This document shows, piece by piece, positions 34,401-45,975 of a DNA stretch of 64,000 bases. Location of the stretch: contig NC_045699.1 in assembly GCF_009834535.1 (NCBI RefSeq), positions 69,874,001 through 69,938,000 on the forward strand. The letters are read 5' to 3'. The position numbers and the translations under genes were made by a program. A model generated the notes under the pieces. That model had not been told where the DNA came from, did no database searches, and saw only the letters and a program-made list of their open reading frames with translations. Position 1 is the stretch's first letter. Each line of letters starts with the position of its first letter. Source of the DNA: Camelus ferus (lineage: Eukaryota).

Positions 34401-36685
34401 TCGCTTCTCCACTGACTGGAGTGGGACCCACTTGTTCCCCTGACCTGCAATCTGATGGTTTTGCCAGGGAGTCAGAGTCTGGGGTCCTGCTTCCAGCTCC
34501 TCTTGCTGTGGCCTTTGGCTGCCCTGCTCAGGCTCTCAGTTTCCCCATCTGTCCCCCTCTCTGTGAGATGGGATGTCACCTTTTCTCAGCCTCAGGGAAC
34601 CCTGATGGTGCCACCTGGGAGGCGGTGCTCCCCACCGAGGGTGCACTCCTGATCTCAGGAGGTGGCCCGGGGAAGCTGGCGAGGCGTCCAGGCCACTGTG
34701 CTCTGGATTCCCTGGCAGGGGAGGAGGAGGAGGGCAGAGGAATGTGGCTTTAAGGAATGTTTAACTCAAGGCAGAAATAGCACTCTGCTTTTTTTTTAAT
34801 TTCAGGCTTGGGTTTTCAGCTAGGAAGTGGGTTCAGAGTACCATTCTCTGTGTCTCCAGCCTCCCCTGGCTCCCCCACCACTCTGGCCTTTTGGGGACAG
34901 GAAGTGGCCTCCTTTTTTTTTTTTTTTTAAAAGAAAAACTGAGAAGCTGCTGTGGGAACCAGACTCTGGATTTGGAGGCAGACAGAGCTGGGTTTAGATC
35001 CCCTGTTCTCCACTACTGGCCTGGTGATCGCTTCCTACTCCAAACCGCTGCCTTCTCTTATATGAAGTCAGGACAGGGGGCCGGGAGCTGAGATGGCTTG
35101 TCGGTAGTGTCAGGACTTCCTTCTCAGGGACTGACCTGGCCTGGGTACTACTCTCAGCTCCTCTCATCAGCTCTGGGATCTCGTCCAAGCCCTTTCCTAG
35201 GAGCCTCCTTACTTCATCTGTGAAATGGGCAGATGATGATAACCCTGCCTTCCAGGATTGTGGATGGAGTGAGTGTGAAAATATTGGCAAAAGGGCTTGG
35301 CACATCCTGGGCTCCTGAATCCCTCCTCTGAGTCTCGGTGGCCTCACAGGGAAAATGGAGCTTGCGCCAAGTGGAGGGAGGGGCCGTGCCCAGGTGAGGG
35401 GCAGCTGAGACAGCTTTCCATCTGGCCCTTCCATTTGCCTGGTCCCTCTGATCCTGGGCAGGACCCACTCTCACCCACACCCAGCTTGTGCCATCCCCGC
35501 TGTCCCCTTCCATAGAGGTGCCCTGGGCCCAGCCAGTGCCCTCCCCAGACCTGGTAGTGAGGACATGAGTGCGGCCTCCTGCCCATTCGACAGTGGGACA
35601 GTGCCTGGTCGCATGGTTCACCGCTGGGCCCGGTCCTAGGACAGAGCCTGGTGCACATCTGCTGGAATGAGTGAGAAAAATCCATAAACAAGCAGGCTAA
35701 TCATGCCTGAGCGGTTTCCTCCCATCCACCCTGGGTCTTCGCTTTCTGTTTGTCTGGCCTCCTCCTACCTCCTGGCCTGGGTGAGGGTGGCTTGCCACAT
35801 CTGGGGGGTGGTCTTGAGAAGTCAGGCATTGGGAGGCTGGGCCCCAGCAGGTCAGGCCCAGTGAGGACCCCCAGCCCCCTTCTCACCTTCTGGGGCTGGG
35901 GAGATGAACAGGGGTCCAAGCAGCCAGCAGGGCCCCTCCTCCCAGGCCCCTCCTTCGCCTGTCTCTTTGTCGGAACCAAAAGATTCCCATTTAAAGGCGG
36001 GCGATGGGGCTATTTTTGGCGCTGTGGGGGAAAAAGCGAATGCTTCCCTTCTGTTCAAAAATATATGGTGGATGTGCTGGGCAGGCGAGGAGCTCCACGG
36101 AGCTCAAAGCCCGTGCTGGCGGGGCTCCCGCCCCAGCCCCTGAGGCCCTGCCTCCCTCCATGGCTCCCGAGCCCACATGGCCACGTTGTGTCACTATTGT
36201 TTCCAGATCGCCTGTGATGAGGGCCTTGCTGGGCCTGAGCGGAACGGCATCTGAATTAAAACTAACAGTGGCTGTCAAAATAAAGCAGGGGGGTCTGCTC
36301 ACCTTAATTCGTGTTCCCTCCACCTGGCTCCGTGGAGCTGGGGGTTGGTCATGAGAAACATTCTGGGTGCATCTTGGAGAAGGAGGCCCAGCTAGCTGTG
36401 GGAGGACGGCTGGAGGCCCTGGGTGCCCATGATGGCAAGTCTGGCCAAGGGCATCCTTGGGCCACCTGGCCACCCTTCCCTTCCTGGTGCAGAAAGTATT
36501 TGTGGAAGAGCTGTCTCGCCCCAAGTCCTGTGGGTGCCGGGACACAGGGCAGATTGGGTGGATGGCTTTCTGGCCTTCTCAGCATTCATGGTTTGGTGAG
36601 GAAAGAAGACAGAGCATTGCACAACACTGTGGGAGTCCACCAGGTCTGGAGTGCACCTGGGAGGGCTTCCTGGAGGAGGCAAGGG

Positions 36686-36783
36686 TAGGGTTACCAGACA
36701 TACTAAACAATTATTTGCTGTTTATGTGAAATTGAATTTCACTGGGCAGCCTGTATTTTTATTTGCTAAATTTGTCAGCCCTA
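36686..36783. mobile_element. Internally deleted MER53 MITE
   Basis: Terminal inverted repeats tagggttaccaga ... tttgtcagcccta, with the right-arm body catactaaacaattatttgctgtttatgtgaaattgaatttcactgggcagcctgtatttt. Confidence 0.75.
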
Positions 36784-38973
36784 CCTGAGGGAGACGTAGG
36801 AGTTGAGAAGGCATAGAGAGGTTTTGGGGGTGGTTTATGCGGGATGTTGACAGCATTTCAGACAGAAGGAACGGCATGTTCCGGGTTTGGAGGCATTAAG
36901 CTGTGGCAACTCTGAGGCCCTGGAAACCTGGAGTAGTGGCAGGAGTGTCAACGCCTTGCGTGGTGAGCCAGATGCCTAGCAGGTTAGCCCTCCGGAGGGG
37001 CCGGCTTACCCGTAGGGTGGGGTCCCACCTGGAGGGCAGCACTGATGGGACCAGTTTTGGGAAACAGGTGAGCCATGTGAGGACACTAGGGAGGATGGGG
37101 GCCCACCTTGGCTGAGGGAGGCACCAGCAGGTGTTGTGGTGGGGGTCATGGTCCAGCCTCTGGTGGCTTCTGGCCAGGGTGATGAGGATGCGGCTGTGCC
37201 TCTCTGTGCCCCATTACTGCTTGGAGTCCCAGTGCCGGGGATCCTCCTGCTGCCCAGGACCAGGGCAAGGACCATGATGGGTCACTTCTGTGCTTCCCCA
37301 CAGAGGGTAGGTCGGGCCCGCCTCTGCCCTGGGCTCTTAAAGGGCCAGAGCTGGAGCTGGACCCTGCAGTGCCACTGGTTCAGGGCACCTGGGGCTCCAG
37401 CCCCTGCTCCACCCTCCTGGGCTGGATGCCCTAGGACTTGTGCCCCAGAACTCTCTGGGGACCCTGCTGGAGTTGTTCTGCCCCATTAAGGCTCACGTGC
37501 AGGCCTTGGCAGTGTCTGCGGCTGGCTGGTTACACTCAGGAGGGGATTGGCCACGTCCTGGGCAGGAAGCAGAAGGGGGAGTGGTGGCAGTCGGGGTGGG
37601 ACGGGGTCCTGATGACCCCACAACTGCCTGGTTCCCACTCCAGGTACCGCCCCTGCTTATCAATCTCTAGGTCCTTGTCAGTGTGGCCGAGGTCTCCCTG
37701 GGGGGGACGAGGGGCTGTGCATCCTTCCCTGGGGCTCTCAGTGCCCTTCCCCCAGCCCCATTCTGAGGTTTTCTTGCTCTACTGGTTGTGACATTAAGGA
37801 CTGATCTGGTTTATGCCTGAGCTGTGATGAAGACCAGCCCAGCCAGCATGTCCCATTCCCTCCCAGGGCTGGGGACAAAGCAAGGAAGTGGGGGCTCTGG
37901 GTTGGGGGGAGGCAGGTGCTACCTGCCCTGGGATGGGTGGGTGGGAGGAGTGTCCCCCTCCCCTCCCAGATGCTCACCTTATTGGCCCTGGCCATCTTGC
38001 CTCATCTCTGGGTGCTGTGACACCTTTATTAATAACAGGAGCAATTGCTAACATTTTGGAGCCCTTGCTGCGCTGCTCCATCTGCCTGGACCACATGGCG
38101 CTTCCTGGGGCTGGCACTTTATTCCATAGAGATGTGGCTTCTGGTGGTCCCTGACCTCACCGTGCTCTGCATCGTGTCTGAACTTTGGACATTTGGATCC
38201 CCACGGCCCCCCTTGATGGGAAGCCCTTTCTCTTTGCCTGCTGAGGTCTGCTTGTCCTTTCTATGTCAGCTTAAGCATCCTGTCCCCAGGGAGCAGCCCC
38301 TGACCCCCTGCTTGGGTTGCATTCCTGCTTTACACTTACCCCATGATGAGAATCACAACAGATCATTAGACAGCTGTGTGGTTACGTGCTGTAGGTCCAT
38401 CTTGCCTGTTACATCAGGGACTTGGAGGACAAGGACCAGTATCTGGGTCACTGCTGTGTTTCCTGAGCCCATATGAATGCTTAGAAATTAATTGTTGCAT
38501 GAATGAAGGGGTGAAAAACTGTCATTTGTTCCTTCTAACTACCATGGAAGGAAGGTATGGTTACCACCACCATCCCCATTTTACAGATGAGGAAACTGAG
38601 GCTCAGTGACGTGAATTCAGTTCTCAAGGTCACAGAGGGACTAAAGAATGACTCAATTCAGAAAAAAGACCCTTCCTGTTGACCAAGTGCCTCAATGCCT
38701 TCCACAGCCTCTTACTTTGGCAAGTGCTTGGAAAATATTTGTGAAATTGGGCTGAACTGAATCCCTGAGTGCTTGGCTCTGCTCGGCTCTGAAATGTTTG
38801 AGAGGTTCTTTATCAGGGATTCAGAGGAAATCCCACATGCTAACCTTTCCCCAGGGTCTCTAAGGAAGCAGAAAGTGTGGTTTACTTCTGTCAGGACCCT
38901 CCTATCTTCTGGAAGATTCAGAGTCTGGCAGTAGAGATGGCTTGAATCAAGGAATAGTCAGAGTCTTAACCTT

Positions 38974-38974
<1 letters not shown>

Positions 38975-39019
<45 letters not shown>

Positions 39020-39040
39020 TATGTGTGTGTGGGGGGGGGG
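38975..39040. repeat. (GT)21 microsatellite followed by degenerate TG and G10
   Basis: Directly visible: perfect GT at 38975-39016, G run at 39031-39040. Confidence 0.97.
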
Positions 39041-39721
39041 CAGGGGCACACAGGTAGCCACCAGGCAAGTTCATTTGTTAGCCAGGAAACCTTTGAGTTT
39101 TGGAAAATAGAAGTCGCCGTGTCTACTTTCCAACTCACCCTCCTGAAACAAGCATGACACCTGCAATCTACAAGAACAAAAACACACGGAGCATCTACTG
39201 TGCAGCGGATGCTGTTCTATGGCTGTGATGTAGGCAGACACAGATCCCGCCCACAGAGCCCCCAGCCATTGCGGAAGGACAAAACTGGGAAATCCAGGCT
39301 GTCGCAAAGATGAGAACCAAACCATTTCCTGTGCTGCTGCTCTGAGGCCGTTCTTGTTAACATTTCCACCTGCTCCTTCCAGTCTCTATGTATGTAGCTA
39401 TGGTAGGTTTTTATCATCTCCACTTTTCCGATAAGGTTCAGAGAGGTTTACTGACTTGTCCAGTGTCACACAGTTGGGATGTGGGAGAGCTGGGATTTGA
39501 ACCTGTGTCAGTGTGCCTCCGTCTGGGTCACTCAGTTGAAGCAAGATATTAAAAGATCAGGAGATTTTGAGGACCTTTGCCTCCCAGCCCCAGTGGTCCT
39601 ATGCTGGGGAGTCAGAGAAATCAAAGTTTCGGTGCCTCTTTGAGGGGACCAGACACCGCTGCTCAGGAGTCAGGCAGGTAACTCTCAGAATGCATTTGTG
39701 TGATGTTTTAAACACTTCTAG

Positions 39722-39945
39722 ACAAGCTCTGGAGTCATGCAGACCCTGATTTTGGTCCTGGCTCCACTGTGGACTGACTTTGGTCCTTGGGCAAGTGGCT
39801 TTACCTCTAGGATCCTCAGTTTCCTGACCTGTATGATGATGATAATCAGAATCCTTGCCTCATAGCATCATTTGGGCACTGAGCGAGATTAAGTCATGCA
39901 CAGTGCTTAGTCTCGGACACAGACAGTCACGCCTAGTAAATGGCA
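39722..39945 (+). mobile_element. MIR SINE (near full length)
   Basis: gctctggagtcatgcagacc...ccttgggcaagtggctttacctctaggatcctcagtttcctgacctgt...cacagtgcttag. Confidence 0.78.
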
Positions 39946-42900
39946 GCTCTTTCGTCTTGCTATTCCTGGAAGTCACAAGACAAATGACATCTTCCTTTTA
40001 CTTAGAACTCTTTGGGGAAAGTTATTCAACTTACATTGAAATTAAAATCAATGTATTTTGCAACTTTATTTTTAAATAGTAAAGCAGAGATCTATAAATG
40101 ATGGAGCAGGGTACAAAATCTGCAGAAATATTTGAGCTAAAACACAAGATTTGAACTATACCTTGTTTCTATGGCTGCCTGGGACTCTGCCCCCAACTCC
40201 CAGGGGGCTCTGACCCTCTCCCCTCAGGGGCCCCCGGGGGAGAGCACCTTTGGGGAGTCCTTGGACTCCTCTACCACGTGGCCCTGCCCCAGGGACCAAG
40301 CACTTCCACCTATCTGTAAGCTGGCAAATACCCCATTTGCCAGTTGAGAAAACTGAGGCTTGGAGTGGGAAATGAATCACAAAGATTCAAACTTTATTTG
40401 GTAAATCTAAAAGTGAGAAGGGTCACAGCCTCCAAGAGAGAGATGGGGCCCAGGGACCTGGCTCTCCAGGGGAGACACTGCCAATGGACTTTTTGATGGG
40501 CAGGAGCTGGATGCTCCAGGCTGGACCAAGCACCCCAGGTCTCATGCACCCCAATGCCTGGTCCACAGCAGGTGCTCACCAAGTGCTTGCTGTGGCCTGG
40601 GGGTGCTCGTTGGGCAGCCCCCTTCTTGGAAATGACCATCTCCAGGCTAAAGCCTTCTTGAGTTTAGGCTGCAGAGTCAGATGGACCTAAGCTCCCGCTT
40701 CCACTCCTCCATCACTGACCGTGTGACCTCCAATGGGTGCTTTTGCCTCTCTATGAAGCCTCAGTTTCTTCATCAGCGAAGTGGGCCCTTCTCAGCACAG
40801 GGCCTGGTGCAGTCTAAGAGCTCAGTCAGTGAAACTGTCTGGAGCTCAGGGGGGATCCTGAGGGGCCCAATGGGATACAGGGGGATTTGCTTTGGGATTT
40901 GAGTGGCTCTGAGCAGCCTCTCACACCTGTGTTCCCTGGAGAGGTTGGCGCCTCTCTGCATCCTGGGGAGTTTCCCATCTTGGTGTGGGCCCCACAGCCG
41001 GGCCCTGCCAGTCACATGTCCTGCTGCTGCCCCAGTGGCAGTGAGACCCCTGACATTTTATTCTAATACCATGCCTATCATCATGATGGTCCGTCTCCAT
41101 GTCGTGCACTTGTCACATGCTGTGCTCAGTGCTTTCAACCTTCTCCTCTTGTTGGCTCTGACAGTAGCCCGGTGATGAAGGAGGAAACCATGGCTCAGGG
41201 AGGGGAGTGCACTGACCGAAGTCAGCCAGTGACCAGATGGTAGATGGACCCGTCTGTGCAAAGGCCCTCGATAGGACAGAGCTCAGATTCTGCAGGCCAT
41301 GGTCAGGTCCACCGGGCCTGAGCTCAGAGTGGCAAAGAGCAGGTCCCGGGAGCTGGGGGCCCAGCTGGCCCAGTCCCAGCCCGAGCCTGCCCTCTGAGGC
41401 TGGATAACCACCATTCACTGAGTTCCTGAAGTCAGGCCTTTATGGGCCTGGAGCTTCCCCCAGACCCTCGGTGGGCTCTTCTGCAGATAAAGTGGTCCTA
41501 GGACTGCTCAGCCATCCTCCTGCAACCCTGGGGCTCTGGCCCCTCTTAGCATGGAGGATGGGGAGCTGGGAGGGTGGAAGGGGAGGAGGGCCAGGAGCTG
41601 GGCCTGGGAGGCAGTCAGAGCCTGGTCAGCTGGGCAGTCGCTGACATGGTTCCCTCTGAACCCTAGGACCCCTGGGCTTTGTCAGGGTCTCTGGAATCCT
41701 GTGTGTGCAGGGCTGGCAGCAGCAGCAGTGGCTCAGAGGGTGCAGTGCGCAAGGCAGGCAGGGCCCTGTGCGCTGCTGTGGGCCCCCGCTGGCTGGTGCT
41801 CAGCCAGCGGCGGGTGGAAATAGTGAGTCCCAGGGAGGCTGGGCCACTGCCACCCCTGTGGGGGCAGTGCTGCGTCCCCAAGGGGAGGGCTGTGGGGGCT
41901 GGGGCTGCAGGGAACTCACTCCTTCTGGGTCAGGGCGAGGGGCTCCCACAGCGCCCGGCTCAGCCCGGAGTGCCCGGGGATTCTGGGCGGGAGGCCAGGC
42001 CTTCTTTCTGATGAAACTCAGGCGGGCCCTGGGGCCCGGCTCCCCTGCAGCTGGGCATTTATGGAAGACAGGCCTGGGGCAGGGTGGAGGGCAGATGGCC
42101 ATGGCTCTTCTCTTCCCACCCCGGCAGCAGCACTGAATGATCATCAGCAGTGACCGTGGTCCTCCCAGCTCCCGAGTGCGTTACCGCATCACAGGCAATC
42201 TTGCGGCAGCTCTGCTGGGAGACTCCGTTTGACAGAGGAGCCTGCCACCCGCATCCAAGGTCACCCGGCACTTTAGTGCATCTGTGACCCAACCCAGGTT
42301 GTCTGGCCCAGAGCGGGTGCCCACCCTCCAATTTCCACACCGGCTCTCGTGATGTCCAGGGGCTGCTCCCCGGCAGGCAGTAAGTCAAATCCATTGACTT
42401 CTGCCTGCAGGTCAGTTCGTGGGGTGCGGGAGCTGGGAGGCCTGGAGGATTAGAGAGTGCAGGTGTCCCCTCACCCAGCCCTTAGGCGTGGCAGGACCCT
42501 GTGTGTGGGAAACAGGCATTTGACGCTCTTTCTTGTCCTCCCACACCTCCCTGGCCCTTCAGATGTGGCACAGACAGGTGATGTCTGCTATGAGCAGGAG
42601 GAGTCATTTCCCCTTTCATGGAAGGGAAACTGCGGCCCAGACAGGGAAAGTGACAGTCTGCAAGAAGGGAGTGGCAGACCCCTGGAATCCACATCCCACA
42701 AGACCCCCAGGCTTTCCTACAGGCAACTGCCCCTCCTGGCGGGGCATGGGGGTCCCTGTCCCTAGGGTTGGGGGGATCTGGCTGCTGCGAGGCAGGGGGG
42801 TGAGTCCTGGCCCACCAGCAGGTTCCCTCCCTTCTCTGAAGAAGCTTTGCTGGGAGGGGAGGGCCATGACCAAATTAGGGATGCTGGCAGTTGCTGGGTG

Positions 42901-44003
42901 GGGAACTGACAGGAGGGAGGGAGGGAGAGATGGAGGTGGGAGGCTGGCACAACCTTGGGCTGGGCTGGGGGACTCCAGGCCGGCTCTGGACAGACAGTGG
43001 GGGTGTTCTCTAGGGAACCAGGATGGGTGGGAATGCCTGGTAGGGCGGGAAGAGGGGTGTTCACAGAATGGGGACCGAGGAGGGGTGGTCTGGTCTGCAG
43101 TGGGGGTCCCTTTGGGCCACGTGGAGCAGGAGGAGTCCCTGGGCTGTTGAGAGGACCTAGAAGGGGGCTCAGCGGGGAGAGGAGCCTGGAGTGAGGGCTG
43201 CAGGGTGCACAAGCCACCCGGCAGAGAGCACATGGGGAGGAGGGTGCTGAGGCAGGAACGCGGAGAACCCCAGTGTTTGGAGGCGGAGCAGAGAAGGGGA
43301 GGTGGGGCGTGGGGAGGAGTCTGACTCCAGGCAGTGGTCAAAGATGTCAGGACTAATGGGGGTGTCGGATTTGGTAACAAGGGGTTGCTGGGATTTGGTG
43401 ACACGGGGTTGCTGGTGGCCAGGTCCACATCGTCCCTGCTTCCTCTTTTTGCGTAAATCAAACTGGAGGCCCCAATACTAATGATTTCCCTTCAGCCACG
43501 ATGGGGGTGGGGGAGGCAAAGACGACACTCATGCAGCCTTTGTCGCTGGAGGTGGAAACAGGGCCCTGGTGAGCCGCAGGACAGGGGCTGGAGAGGCCGA
43601 AAGCCCGCATGCAGTGTGCATTCCAGCCCTCCTGCTGCAACCAGCGCCTCTGTGGGGGCCGCAGCCCCTGCTTTCTGTTCCCACCATGTTTGAGCTGAGC
43701 TTCAATCAGGAGAGTGGTATTTTGCTTCAGGGAAATCAAAATCAGACTCAACATTTATCCTGGGCTCCAGGGACCGGCTCTTGTGTTCGTTCCTGGCAGA
43801 CAAGAGCTGCGGGGAAAGGAGGAGGAGCCGGGAGCGGCCTTGGAATGCTGCTCTGGGGGTACGGGGAGCAGGAGGCCCTGGGGGCACCCCCGCCGCAGCT
43901 GGGGGTCAGCGGGCAAGCTTCGGGAAGGCCGGGCAGCGGGCAGGGGCTGAGCCCCTCTCTCTACTCTGAGCCACCAGCAGGCCCCCTCCCACTCTGCTGC
44001 CCC

Positions 44004-44029
44004 GGCTCTCAGGCTCTCAGGCTCTCAGG
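44004..44029. repeat. (GGCTCTCA)3 short tandem repeat
   Basis: Directly visible. Confidence 0.85.
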
Positions 44030-45409
44030 GAGGTCAGTGCGAGGAGGAGTAGAGCGGATGCCCAGCCCCGCACTAAACTGAGGATTTTCTGTCCACCTCT
44101 CAAGATACCCTCCTGCTGGCTCCTCCTGGTAATCCTCCATCCTTCAGATGAGAACTCTGAGTCTCAGAGAGGTTAAGTAACTTATTTGGAGCAACCCAGT
44201 CTACACGTTGTCAAGACAGGATGCTGACCCAGTGTGTCCCACCGTTTCAGCCATGTGTTTAAATATTGGTTTCCTAATGAGCCTGGGCGCCCCTGGCCTG
44301 GAGGCAGGAGTGTGCTTGAGAAAGGCAGCTTGTTTTTAAAATTGGCCAAAGCCAGTGGTAATTGTGAAGGTGAACATGTTGTGAGAAACATGTTTCAGGA
44401 TGTGGCTTGGTAAGGATGGGGGAGTCAACAGGGTTTATTCTCTGCCTTTCATGTGCAGGACACTGGGCTGGGCTTCGAGGGTGATGCTGGGACATGCCTG
44501 GAGAAGCACCTTGACTTCTGGGGGCTTAGTGTCCAGCTAGGAAAATGAGGGGAAAAAAGGGGCTTTTATTGAGCTCTTGCTGGATGCCAGACACGTGCCG
44601 GCCATGTGTCTCTCCTGGAAGAGGGAGGCTGTTATTTGTCCCATTTTACAGAGGAGCAAACCAAGGCTCAGAGGTATGGGGTCCTGCACCCAAGGTCACA
44701 CAACCAGGGTCCTCTCTGTGGCCTGCCCTATTTTGTTAATGTCCCATTACCCCCTCCCCCAGATTGGCCCTGGCAGGGGGCACCCGTCTGACCCTCTTTT
44801 GTGCAGTTTATGGGAAGACAGACTACACGTAAATCAGTGATTCCCACATATGAAAGGGGTTTCCAAAGAGGGCTTGGGAGGGCTTCCTAGAAAAGGGACA
44901 ACCCGGCTGGGATTGGAAAAGTGTGTAGGGATTAACCAGGTGAAAGAGGTGAGGGCAAGTGTTCTGGGCAAAGGGAGCGGCAGGTACAAAGGCCTGGAGG
45001 TGGGACTGGTTGGAGGAGCTTGAGGGGGTCACGGGGTTGGGGGTGGGCAGGGGGCCGGGGGCTGGTAGCACTGAGGATGACCTTCATTCGTTCCGGGCCC
45101 GAGCCCTGAGCCCTGATCATGGACCCACCGAGTGCGGTGTGGGTGGACGCCTGTTAATATCACACTTGCAGTCTCCGGGAGGTGGGGGGATGGGCCCAAG
45201 CCTGGGAGCCTGAGCCTGGGAATGTCCTTTGGCATCTGGGTGGAGGGCAGAGGCAGAGGGTCCCCATAACTGTCCCCCAGCCCCTCCTCGCTCCTAGTGC
45301 CTGTGGTGGTCAGAGCTGCTGGAGGGCAGGTCCCTGGGCAGGACCCTCGGCCTTTCCGGTGCTGTGAGGGGGGCACACAGGTTGTGGGCTGATGAGGACA
45401 AACATTTCC

Positions 45410-45975
45410 CCCCAACTTTTTATTTTGAAAGATCCAGCGCGACACTGAGATCATAGTGCCCTGAGCACCTGTGTGTCCGCCATTAGCTTCGCCGGCTGTC
45501 AGCATTTTGCCACATTTGCTTCCTCTCTCTTTCTAAATATGTGTCTGTGTGTATTTCTGAACCTCTCATAAGAAGCTGCAGGCGTCTGACCCTCGCCCCT
45601 AAATACTTCAGGGCACATCCCAGGGAAAAAGGACATTCTTTCACATAACCTCCGCACCGTTGCCACTCCTAAGAAGAAGGCCAGTGAGTCCATCAGGGCA
45701 TCTAACTGCCCTCCCGTGGGCAGCTGCCCCCACCGGCCCCGTTATATCCGTCATCCCCAGGGTAGCTGGTTTTAACTCCGGATCCAGGACCCACTCCAGG
45801 CATTGCGAGTTGCATTTATTTGATGTCTCTTTAGTCTCTTTTTCTGGAACAATCCCCTGCCTTGTTTTCACCTTTCATGCACTGAGTGATTAAAGTATCC
45901 TGGCCGATTGTCTTGTAGAACGTCCCACATTCTGGATTTGTCTGCTTGTGTCCTCATGCTTAGACTTGGGGGGCT
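45410..45975 (-). mobile_element. Old L1 (L1MC-like) 3' fragment
   Basis: caactttttattttgaaa...cccctaaatacttcag...aaggacattctttcacataacc...gtagaacgtcccacattctggatttgtctg. Confidence 0.72.

Noticed and set aside
42616-43461. 281-aa minus-strand ORF, the longest in the track
   Set aside because: Low-complexity Pro/Ser-rich translation of a G-rich intronic sense strand; no domain or splice support.
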